Shown piece after piece: positions 1 through 7,493 of a stretch of DNA of 11,100 bases. The notes below the pieces were generated by a model. The model saw only the letters and a list, made by a program, of their open reading frames with translations. It made no database searches and had not been told where the DNA came from. The translations under genes and the position numbers were made by a program. Origin of the DNA: Pseudobacteriovorax sp. (GTDB taxonomy: Bacteria; Bdellovibrionota_B; Oligoflexia; Oligoflexales; Oligoflexaceae); the NCBI GenBank assembly GCA_050293845.1, contig JBNKNM010000189.1, positions 1 to 11,100 of the forward strand, given 5' to 3'. How positions within the stretch are numbered: the first letter of the stretch is position 1; every line of letters starts with the position of its first letter.

Positions 1-421
1 CACCAAAAGCTTTAACATGATGCCAATATGGTTGGCGCAAGCCTGTCGCCCTGCCACCTATAAAGTTGTGCTTCCCTTGCTCCATTGTGTTTTGCAGGAG
101 TTTAGGGTCAAAGGGCTTTTTAATAAACCCATTAGCACCAAGACCAAAAGCTCGGACAATATGTTGCTTCTGTCCCTTTGAGGTGACCATTACGATTTTT
201 ATTTTACTGTTGAACTCTCTGATTTTTTGAAGTGCGTCAATTCCATCAAGATTGGGCATCTCCCAGTCAAGGAGCAAAATATCGTATTGGTTTTCTCTTA
301 CTTTAGCAACGGCTTCTTCTCCGTCATAAGCATGGTCCAATGAAAATTGCTTTCTATCAAGGTGAATTGACAGGTAGGAATGAATAGCTTTGGAATCGTC
401 TGTAACGAGTACTTTTATCAA
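1..421 (-). CDS. Response regulator, CheY-like receiver domain (3' end runs off the window)
   Basis: Not in the ORF track. Manual translation from TTG at 421 (GAGGG RBS upstream) gives MIKVLVTDDSKAIHSYL...YDILLLDWEMPNLDGIDALQKIR...IVMVTSKG...GANGFIKKPFDPKLL..., with the acidic DD pair, phospho-acceptor Asp (LLLDWEMP), conserved Thr and KPF motif. There is no stop in 140 codons to the window edge. Confidence 0.92.
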   Translation of the reverse strand, partial: MIKVLVTDDSKAIHSYLSIHLDRKQFSLDHAYDGEEAVAKVRENQYDILLLDWEMPNLDGIDALQKIREFNSKIKIVMVTSKGQKQHIVRAFGLGANGFIKKPFDPKLLQNTMEQGKHNFIGGRATGLRQPYWHHVKAFG

Positions 422-455
422 GGTCAACCCTCTACTTTGCGATGGCTCATCTTAT

Positions 456-484
456 AATTTATTCTTTGTTATATTCCACGTCAA
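456..484 (-). promoter_or_regulatory. Putative sigma70 promoter for the response regulator
   Basis: Minus strand TTGACG (484-479), 17-nt spacer, TAAATT (461-456), about 35 nt upstream of the TTG start. Confidence 0.5.
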
Positions 485-594
485 GTTGGGTGTTTTTTAA
501 AGACTGCTGATCGAACCGTATCGATTAAACCTTGACCTTTATTCCAAGAATCTTTAATTTTTTAGCCCCATTACCACTTAACAAAGGTAGAAAA

Positions 595-2370
595 ATGGAA
601 AAATCTCCTCATAGGCTAAAAGAGCTGCTGAGTTACAGTAAAGAGCATAAAAGATTGATGCTCAGTGCAGGAATTTTCTCAGTCGTCAATAAGATCTTTG
701 ATATATTTCCGGAAATTCTAATTGGGGTAGCCATTGATGTTGTTGTAAAAAAGGAAGATAGCTTCTTAGGTAGCATTGGTATTGAAAATGTTGAACATCA
801 GCTCGCCTTTTTGGCCATTGTGACATTTTTGATCTGGCTGTGTGAATCCCTGACAGAGTATGGCGCTATCGTCAGGTGGAGGAATATAGCCCAAGAAGTG
901 CAACATAAATTACGCATCCACGGTATCAGTCATCTCCAAAAATTGAGCCTTTCCTGGTACGAAGAACAGAATTCAGGTCAGCTATTATCTATACTCAACG
1001 ACGATGTAAACCAGATAGAGCGATTTCTCAATGAAGGTTTACATAGTTTGATAAAACTCCTTGTATCTTCAGTTCTTATTGGTTGTGTTTTCTTCTATTT
1101 ATCGCCAATGGTAGCTTGTTTTGCCATATTACCAATCCCTATTATCATTGCTGGTGGATTACGATTTCGCGATCGTTTATCCGGAAGCTACAGCTTGGTC
1201 AGGAGTCGTGCCGCTGAATTGGGAGAAAAGCTATCAGGAACCATTCAGGGGGTTGTGACTATTCGTGCTGCTGTTGCTGAGCAAACCATGATCGATAAAG
1301 TGAGTCGGGCTAGCGAGGCATATATTGAAGCCAACCGCACGGCGATTAAATTAAGCTCAGCTTTTGTGCCGGTGATTCGGATGGCCGTGCTTGCTGGATT
1401 TTTGGTGACTCTGGTGTTAGGAGGTTTGAAGACACTGAATGGCGAACTGGCTGCATCAGCATATACTGTTTTGGTTTTTCTTACCCAAAGACTATTGTGG
1501 CCCTTCACGAGTTTTGGTGACATGTTAGATCTATATGAGCGTTCCATGGCTTCGGCGATGAGAGTTTTTAGGCTCATTAATGAACCTGCACCGATAGAAC
1601 AAGCTAAGACTCTCAAAACCACTCATAGTATCAAAGGAGAAATCAGCTTTGAAAATTTAGGCTTTGCATATAAACCGGGATATCCTGTTTTGGAAAATTT
1701 TAACCTCGCTATAAAAGCGGGAGAATTTGTGGGTATTGTGGGTCCTACCGGCTCTGGCAAAAGTACCCTAGTAAAATTGCTACTGAGGTTTTATGAAGCC
1801 AATGAAGGAATGATAAAAATAGATGGTATCGATCTCACCCAACTTCATACCAAACATTTAAGAAGTTCAATAGGCTATGTGGGACAGGATATTTTTCTGA
1901 TGGATTCTTCCATCAGTGAAAATTTGTTGTTAGGTAAGCAGAAAATCACCCATAAGGACATGGAGGCAGCTCTTAAGGTTGCTGATGCTAGAAACTTTGT
2001 TTGGCAACTTCCGGAAAAGCTAAAAACCAAAATTGGTGAAAGGGGGCAAAAGTTATCAGGAGGCCAAAGACAAAGATTAACCATTGCCAGAGGAGTACTG
2101 GGGAATCCCCCTATCCTAATTTTCGATGAAGCGACCTCAGCCGTTGATAATGAGACTGAAGAAGCCATACAAAAGTCCATTGCTAGCCTGGCCAAAGGTC
2201 GTACTATGATTGTTATCGCCCATCGGCTGTCTACTATTCGCCATGCCGATAATATTTTGGTGCTCGATAAAGGTAAGCTCGTACAGCAAGGAAGTCATGA
2301 AAAGCTATGCGATGAAGATGGACTTTACAAAAATTTATGGAATCTTCAGACCGGTAATTCTCAGCTATAG
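595..2370 (+). CDS. ABC exporter half-transporter (fused TMD-NBD, MsbA/ABCB-like)
   Basis: Hydrophobic N-terminal TM segments, Walker A GPTGSGKST, Q-loop VGQD, signature LSGGQ, Walker B ILIFDE and H-loop IAHR. ATG 595 (after AAGGTAG) is preferred over the track's TTG at 532. Confidence 0.95.
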   Translation: MEKSPHRLKELLSYSKEHKRLMLSAGIFSVVNKIFDIFPEILIGVAIDVVVKKEDSFLGSIGIENVEHQLAFLAIVTFLIWLCESLTEYGAIVRWRNIAQEVQHKLRIHGISHLQKLSLSWYEEQNSGQLLSILNDDVNQIERFLNEGLHSLIKLLVSSVLIGCVFFYLSPMVACFAILPIPIIIAGGLRFRDRLSGSYSLVRSRAAELGEKLSGTIQGVVTIRAAVAEQTMIDKVSRASEAYIEANRTAIKLSSAFVPVIRMAVLAGFLVTLVLGGLKTLNGELAASAYTVLVFLTQRLLWPFTSFGDMLDLYERSMASAMRVFRLINEPAPIEQAKTLKTTHSIKGEISFENLGFAYKPGYPVLENFNLAIKAGEFVGIVGPTGSGKSTLVKLLLRFYEANEGMIKIDGIDLTQLHTKHLRSSIGYVGQDIFLMDSSISENLLLGKQKITHKDMEAALKVADARNFVWQLPEKLKTKIGERGQKLSGGQRQRLTIARGVLGNPPILIFDEATSAVDNETEEAIQKSIASLAKGRTMIVIAHRLSTIRHADNILVLDKGKLVQQGSHEKLCDEDGLYKNLWNLQTGNSQL

Positions 2371-2399
2371 TGCTGGGATGTCTCGCTATGTTCTACACT

Positions 2400-2963
2400 T
2401 TAGATCATCAGTTTTTCTGATATTAACTTCAAGAATTCTGCTTTACTTGCGAGATGAAAGTGCAATGATGTATACCTACGTTTACCACCTATTAATCCAG
2501 ACAGCTTTTCAGGATTTTTGAAAGTTATACAGATATTCGGCTTTTCAAATGCTATTTTCAGTATGCAGTTGTCGTCAGATATTTTTTCCTTTGGTTGCCG
2601 CCAATCAGATGTAAATGGATTTTCAATTTTTAAACTTGAATCAGTAATCGACTCTATATTCTGTTGGGAAATAATAGCACTCAAGCGGAAAGAGGCACGA
2701 ATAGATAGATTGACATCATCAACAATAATACCTCCTAATCTTAGCTTGACATAATCCCTAAAAGTCCAAACTAAGCCAAGTATACTGATAGCTATGAGGC
2801 TATATTGAATGATGTCTTTAAGCTGGCTTTCGTCCATGACGTTCTCTATTAACAGATGGATCAGAGGTATCTCTAGTAGAGTTCCGATAGCTACAAGCAC
2901 CAGTATGACATTATACTGTGTTCCTTCAATAATATTAAATCTACTCTCCTTCTTTTGAATCAT
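2400..2963 (-). CDS. Hypothetical membrane protein (two N-terminal TM helices, soluble beta-rich C-terminus, possibly PH-like)
   Basis: 187-aa ORF with a GAAGGGAA RBS and two hydrophobic stretches (VILVLVAIGTLLEIPLIHLLI; YSLIAISILGLVWTF). The fold assignment is inference. Confidence 0.75.
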   Translation of the reverse strand: MIQKKESRFNIIEGTQYNVILVLVAIGTLLEIPLIHLLIENVMDESQLKDIIQYSLIAISILGLVWTFRDYVKLRLGGIIVDDVNLSIRASFRLSAIISQQNIESITDSSLKIENPFTSDWRQPKEKISDDNCILKIAFEKPNICITFKNPEKLSGLIGGKRRYTSLHFHLASKAEFLKLISEKLMI

Positions 2964-3021
2964 GGACCATTCCCTTCACCTGGTTTTATGGAAACGACAA
3001 TATTACGAGACAACAGCTTTT

Positions 3022-3051
3022 ATAGTATTAGTGCAACGGCTTCGTTTGCAA
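3022..3051 (-). promoter_or_regulatory. Possible sigma70 promoter for the 2400-2963 gene
   Basis: Minus strand TTGCAA-N18-TACTAT. Confidence 0.3.
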
Positions 3052-3102
3052 GTATGGTGATTGGAGAGTACCAAGGTAACTAATTGTCTATATCTAGTTT
3101 AT

Positions 3103-3612
3103 TTAGGCTCTATTTAGAGGCAATTCATAAATAAAAACTCTTCTAGATGTTCCATCTTTCTCTTTGTGATCATAAAAACCTCTAGAGGAAAAACCAAATT
3201 TTTGATTTGCTTTATAAGAAACAACATTACCTTCAACATGACCTGATTCAACGATTTTTATGTCACCTCTTTTTTTAGCCCAATCTAGCCTTCTCTCATA
3301 AAACAGGCTCGAAAGTCCTTTATTTCGAAACGGATTTCTAATATAACTCATCACCAAGATTGCTCTTGTCGAATCGTTTCTATCGATTACTATACCAGTT
3401 AATCCAACGACTTCATTATCTAGGTATAAACCAAAAGTCGCTGCATCGGGGTTTGAGAGTCTGGCTATCCAATCTTTCTTGCTAAATTCAAACTCATTTT
3501 TAGATGGAGTAAATAAATCAGGGTGAACCTGTAAGGCTTCAAGGCGAATTTTTTTAAACTTATCCCAATCACTTGTTAAGAACCGACGAAGCTTAAAACC
3601 TTCCTTCACCAT
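3103..3612 (-). CDS. GNAT family N-acetyltransferase
   Basis: Typical N-terminus (LRRFLTSDWDKFKKIRLEAL), acetyl-CoA motif A (YIRNPFRNKGLSSL) and motif B (NVVSYKANQKFGF). ATG 3612 follows a GGAG RBS and is preferred over the track's 3642. Confidence 0.88.
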   Translation of the reverse strand: MVKEGFKLRRFLTSDWDKFKKIRLEALQVHPDLFTPSKNEFEFSKKDWIARLSNPDAATFGLYLDNEVVGLTGIVIDRNDSTRAILVMSYIRNPFRNKGLSSLFYERRLDWAKKRGDIKIVESGHVEGNVVSYKANQKFGFSSRGFYDHKEKDGTSRRVFIYELPLNRA

Positions 3613-3685
3613 TAAAAATGCTCCAATAGATACAAAAAACATTTCAGTCTCAGTTGATACTTAAATCACAAAGAATTTATAAAAG

Positions 3686-3850
3686 CTAGGCAAACTTCCT
3701 TCTCTTGAATTCCAAGGTAGGATAATATTTGATCATGGTTGGTTGTTGAGAGAAAAGTCCTACAACAAACTTTGATGATCCGATCAATATGAGAGCTGCT
3801 GCGGTGCTAATGATAATAGCTGTAAAAATGTATATCGTGTCTATGCTCAC
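3686..3850 (-). pseudogene. Short 54-aa ORF with an N-terminal TM helix, probable remnant of a BlaR1/M56-type partner
   Basis: The GTG start overlaps the repressor stop (GTGA, translational coupling). It translates to MSIDTIYIFTAIIISTAAALILIGSSKFVVGLFSQQPTMIKYYPTLEFKRRKFA*. The position matches where M56 peptidase genes follow BlaI-family genes, but no HExxH motif remains. Confidence 0.45.
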
Positions 3851-4140
3851 GGATCTAACCTTTCTGAGATAATTTTCTGAATCTCCGCTAGATCTGCTTC
3901 TGACATGTCCGTTGTATCCATCAAAGTCCTAACAAGCGAGGACGGCGCACCTACAAAAACATTGTTCAGCAGATGCCCTAAGCTTGCTTTTTCATATTCT
4001 GATTTTTGAACCTGTGGGGTGTAGATGTAACTATTGCCGCTACCCTTACGACTTTTCATAACACCTTTCTTTTCCAAAATCCTAATTATAGTGGAGACTG
4101 AGGTATATGCGAGTTGTCTTCCCTTCGGTAGATGTTGCAT
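3847..4140 (-). pseudogene. BlaI/MecI/CopY family winged-helix repressor, N-terminally truncated
   Basis: LAYTSVSTIIRILEKKG...YIYTPQV...LLNNVFVGAPSSLVRTL...DLAEIQKII is the BlaI-family signature. The first helices (about 25 aa) are missing and an in-frame TAA lies 3 codons upstream of the ATG. Confidence 0.8.
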
Positions 4141-4202
4141 AACCCTTTATTTTATCTCGTTTTTTGAGGATTTTTTATTGAAAACTCCTTTAACTCTTAA
4201 TT

Positions 4203-4230
4203 AACTAAAAATTTAGTTGATATCAACTAA
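4203..4230. promoter_or_regulatory. Overlapping palindromes, putative operator of the BlaI-family repressor
   Basis: AACTAAA-AA-TTTAGTT (4203-4218) overlaps a perfect 18-bp palindrome TTAGTTGATATCAACTAA (4213-4230), just upstream of an AAGGAG RBS on the minus strand. Confidence 0.55.
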
Positions 4231-4402
4231 TAGCCTACCCATTTGCTATATCTCTGAAAATTTCAGATCTGGGTTCAATAGTGTGCCAAAGAAACCAGCT
4301 AACCCCAGCACAGAAAATCGCTTTATCTTCAAAAATTGCCCAGCTAATATCAAATCATCCAAGAAGAGTTATTATTGATATTAACGAAGTAAGGAAGCCC
4401 CT

Positions 4403-5080
4403 ATGAAACGAAGTACTCTTGCAACCTTTATCACCACCTGCTGGGCATTAACTACGGCTCTAACAAGCTACGCTGCTCCCAAAGACCCGACTCATGTCGT
4501 AACTCTGGAAGTAGCAGTAGATGGTAAAAAGGCAGGCGATATTGAAATTGAGCTGTGGGGAGGCTCGGTGCCAGCAACCTCTCTGAATTTCTTAGCTATG
4601 TGTCATGACAAGGTTACTCTTGCTAACAAAACGAAGCCTTTTAAAGGTGTCACCTTCCATCGTGTTATACCAGGATTTATGATGCAAGGCGGCGATTTTA
4701 CCCTAGGTAATGGGCGAGGTGGTGTCAGCATATACGGACCTAAGTTCAAAGACGAAAACTTTGTGCACAAACATACGGGACCTGGAATGCTCAGTATGGC
4801 CAACGCCGGACCTAACACAAATGGCAGCCAATATTTCATTACTTATACCAAAACCCCTCACCTCGATGGGAAACATGTAGTTTTTGGCAAGGTAAAATCA
4901 AATGATTTACCTAGCAAGTTAGCTATGCATGGAAGTCGTTATGGCACAACAAATAAAAAAATAGAAGTCACTGACTGCTCAATAAAAAAATTAGCCAAAA
5001 TTCAGCTTCCAAGTCAATTTGCAAAATTGATCGATAAGAAAAATGCCGATGCCCTCAAAGATCAGTTTGAAATTAAATAA
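4403..5080 (+). CDS. Secreted cyclophilin-type peptidyl-prolyl cis-trans isomerase
   Basis: [39 protein letters not shown] and [11 protein letters not shown] motifs. Sec signal peptide [25 protein letters not shown] and an AAGGAAG RBS. Confidence 0.96.
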   Translation: MKRSTLATFITTCWALTTALTSYAAPKDPTHVVTLEVAVDGKKAGDIEIELWGGSVPATSLNFLAMCHDKVTLANKTKPFKGVTFHRVIPGFMMQGGDFTLGNGRGGVSIYGPKFKDENFVHKHTGPGMLSMANAGPNTNGSQYFITYTKTPHLDGKHVVFGKVKSNDLPSKLAMHGSRYGTTNKKIEVTDCSIKKLAKIQLPSQFAKLIDKKNADALKDQFEIK

Positions 5081-5113
5081 AGCTGTTGCTTAATAGAAAC
5101 TCCATAGAAAATG

Positions 5114-5141
5114 CTACCCTCTTATATACATAAGAGGGTAG
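5114..5141. terminator. Hairpin between convergent genes (probable terminator)
   Basis: Perfect 12-bp stem CTACCCTCTTAT / ATAAGAGGGTAG with a 4-nt loop, about 33 nt after the cyclophilin stop. The U-tract is weak. Confidence 0.65.
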
Positions 5142-5315
5142 TTAAAGGGAGATACTTTGATTCAGGTGGTGACCTCTTTCAATTGCCCACGGAATACCTT
5201 AACCCTCGGGTCCATTAGCATTCTCCATGGGCGGAATCAAAGCCAATAATGTCAGTATGGAATAGCTTATAGCTAAGTAAGAATGCATGTAGTTTAAGGA
5301 TATAAGGTAATGCTC

Positions 5316-5876
5316 TCATAGCAACTCCTGATTAAACTGCTGCATCAGAACTCTAAGATCCGCAAAGTCGGCAGCTTGCTCATTAACCAGACGCTGTAGC
5401 AAGGTACCAATAACCAGGCTTAATACGGCAGAACCAGCTTCCAATCTTGTAAAGCCCAATATCTCTCTAATAGCATGTTGATAGTCGTCTAAGGCATGTT
5501 TGATTTCAGATTTAACCTCCAAATTATGATTTGGATCAGTAAGGCTATTTTGGCGTTGAAAATCAGTCATGAGTAAAATAATTTTCTGGAAATATTCTGA
5601 ACGCTCTTCAATATAGTTGAGGAACACTTCTAACCTAAGACTATGATCATCTATACCGCAGACTAAGGACATAGCAGTGTCAATATCTGCAGATGAATGA
5701 TACTTGACCAGCGCTATAAATAACTCTTCTTTATTCTTAAAGTGATGATAGAGACTTCCGGTTGTAATGCCAAGATAGGACGATAACTTACGCATCGAAA
5801 GACCATGGTATCCATCACGGGTAAAATAATTGAAACAACGGGATAGTATTTCCTTCTTTTTGCCGAGTTTCAGCAT
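5316..5876 (-). CDS. TetR/AcrR family transcriptional regulator
   Basis: HTH motif FTRDGYHGLSMRKLSSYLGITTGSLYHHFKNKEEL. The start is uncertain (5876, 5897 or 5924), and 5876 gives a typical N-terminus with the operator left upstream. Confidence 0.92.
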   Translation of the reverse strand: MLKLGKKKEILSRCFNYFTRDGYHGLSMRKLSSYLGITTGSLYHHFKNKEELFIALVKYHSSADIDTAMSLVCGIDDHSLRLEVFLNYIEERSEYFQKIILLMTDFQRQNSLTDPNHNLEVKSEIKHALDDYQHAIREILGFTRLEAGSAVLSLVIGTLLQRLVNEQAADFADLRVLMQQFNQELL

Positions 5877-5899
5877 AGTCACTCTTGATCTTCCCATAA

Positions 5900-5915
5900 C
5901 ATAACATCTGTTATG
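5900..5915. promoter_or_regulatory. Putative TetR autoregulatory operator
   Basis: Perfect inverted repeat CATAACA-TC-TGTTATG directly upstream of the tetR start. Confidence 0.55.
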
Positions 5916-6047
5916 AGGCACCATATCTTATTTTATCTCAGGTGAAAAGCTTAGATTTTTTAGGACGATAACAAAAATTATGTAATAGGTAAACGCCCTA
6001 GAGGTGGCCGCCTTCGCAAGCCTTATGAAATTCTGAAGGCTATGCCC

Positions 6048-6500
6048 TTAGATTTTTTCCAACGCAAATCGCAAAGAAAAAATCTTAGCTGTAAAGCGTA
6101 TGGCAGCTATATCGATCATCTCTTCACTAGTATCCAGAATAAACTCAACCATCCCAGTTTTTGTTTGGCCCCTTGCTATACTTCTATTACCCAAAACTTC
6201 TACCACTTTAAGATCCAATTTATCGAATTTCACCATGCGTCCCTCTTGCTTATACACCTCAGAAATAAGGGCACCTGGTTGCAATTGATAACGATCATCA
6301 AAGCTATAGCTGCCAAACAGCCAAGAGTTTGCTTTACCGCGAACTCGCAACAGACCAGAGCTGTTAAACTCATATCTCCCCCCTCCTGTAGCGGCAATAT
6401 CCGGGCTCTTCAGCTTCATCACACCGGCATGTACTTGGTTTTGAGCCCAAATGAGCTGGGGGAACAGAATTATTAATCCTAAAAAGATAGACTTAGCCAT
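6048..6500 (-). CDS. Secreted hypothetical protein (150 aa, beta-rich)
   Basis: GGAG RBS before ATG 6500, signal-peptide-like MAKSIFLGLIILFPQLIWA-Q, and alternating hydrophobic strands in the mature part. Confidence 0.75.
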   Translation of the reverse strand: MAKSIFLGLIILFPQLIWAQNQVHAGVMKLKSPDIAATGGGRYEFNSSGLLRVRGKANSWLFGSYSFDDRYQLQPGALISEVYKQEGRMVKFDKLDLKVVEVLGNRSIARGQTKTGMVEFILDTSEEMIDIAAIRFTAKIFSLRFALEKI

Positions 6501-6761
6501 AATATCTCCCGTTTCAACAAAAAGCCAAGATATGGAGGATATGCAAGGGTTAAACCAAATTAATTCCTTATTTTTCTTAATAGTTATATCAAAGTTCATT
6601 GTTGTCAGAGTTACACCTGAGGAAAAATAGGCACATATGCATCGATATAGAAATCTCTCATCTCAGATGTGAAATATTACCCCTATTCTGTGTGTTGCAG
6701 CAAAGAACTGAACATTTCAAACCCAGTTTCATACTAATTTGTATAAACTAAGGTTTTCACT

Positions 6762-6788
6762 TAATACCTTTTACCAAGAAGTCGAAAA
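6762..6788 (+). promoter_or_regulatory. Possible sigma28/FliA-type promoter upstream of the PilZ gene
   Basis: TAAT-N15-GTCGAAAA, an imperfect match to TAAA-N15-GCCGATAA. Confidence 0.25.
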
Positions 6789-6882
6789 GCTTCTAGAAAT
6801 CTGGAAGTCAGCAGATTTATTATGCTCCATCATAAAATGATGTTTCAGGAAAAGTCACAGTACGATAGAGGCCACCTTCAGA

Positions 6883-7272
6883 ATGAGAAAAAAAACCCTA
6901 ACTATTAGATCGAAGCGTTTTACACCATCGCACAATATGAAAACTATCGTTAAAAACCATAATGCCCGTAGCTCTTCCTTTTGGTTAGATGTTGAAAACC
7001 TATCGGATACCGGAGTCTGTATTGGTTATGATGGGCTCGGTTGTCTACCGATTGAGATCGGCTCTATTTTGAACGTGACCCTCGACATCAACTGCAAAAT
7101 TTTCTCCCGACCCATTCATTTAAAGGTTGAAGTGATACGGAAAAAATTTAAAGACATAGAAAGACACATAGTCAGTTCTGAAAGCATTTCATTAGGTACA
7201 AAAATATTGGAGGTTGAATCTCTTCACAAACCTATCTGGGAAGAGGGAATGAAAACCCTAAAATCAGAATAA
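6883..7272 (+). CDS. Stand-alone PilZ domain protein (c-di-GMP receptor family)
   Basis: N-terminal IRSKRF (degenerate RxxxR) followed by NLSDTG (D/NxSxxG), a beta-barrel pattern (IEIGSILNVTL, LKVEVIR, LGTKI) and a C-terminal helix. GAGG RBS. Confidence 0.8.
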   Translation: MRKKTLTIRSKRFTPSHNMKTIVKNHNARSSSFWLDVENLSDTGVCIGYDGLGCLPIEIGSILNVTLDINCKIFSRPIHLKVEVIRKKFKDIERHIVSSESISLGTKILEVESLHKPIWEEGMKTLKSE

Positions 7273-7493
7273 AACGGGTAGCCACTTCACCTCCAACTCG
7301 CTAGTTTCAATAAGGTTTTAGGACTAGCTATAATCCCTACCGGATAGGGAAGCCTTTCAAGCAATCATTTCTGCTTCATCAGATTATTAATTAAAATATT
7401 TTAATTTTGACTTTTTAATTTATAGTATATCTGCAATATATTCCTATGAGCCACATCCCTTACCTACATTGTACTCTTAATGCGAGGGAAAAA

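Noticed and set aside
1245..2195. Antisense ORFs 1245-1622 and 1875-2195
   Set aside because: Shadow frames opposite the well-supported ABC transporter, with no motifs.
2210..2754. Plus-strand ORFs 2210-2521 and 2518-2754
   Set aside because: They overlap the ABC transporter end and the better-supported minus-strand membrane protein gene, and have no recognisable features.
2772..2779. Partial complement (TAAGCCAA) of the putative omegaRNA guide
   Set aside because: Only about 8 nt, expected by chance in AT-rich DNA. No full in-window target was seen by eye.
4603..4839. Antisense ORF within the cyclophilin
   Set aside because: Shadow of a conserved gene.
6042..6476. Plus-strand ORFs 6042-6476 and 6100-6288
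   Set aside because: Antisense to the minus-strand gene that has an RBS and signal peptide, with atypical composition.
7334..7350. TCCCTA-CCGGA-TAGGGA hairpin after the PilZ gene
   Set aside because: Only a 6-bp stem with no adjacent U-tract, too weak to call a terminator.
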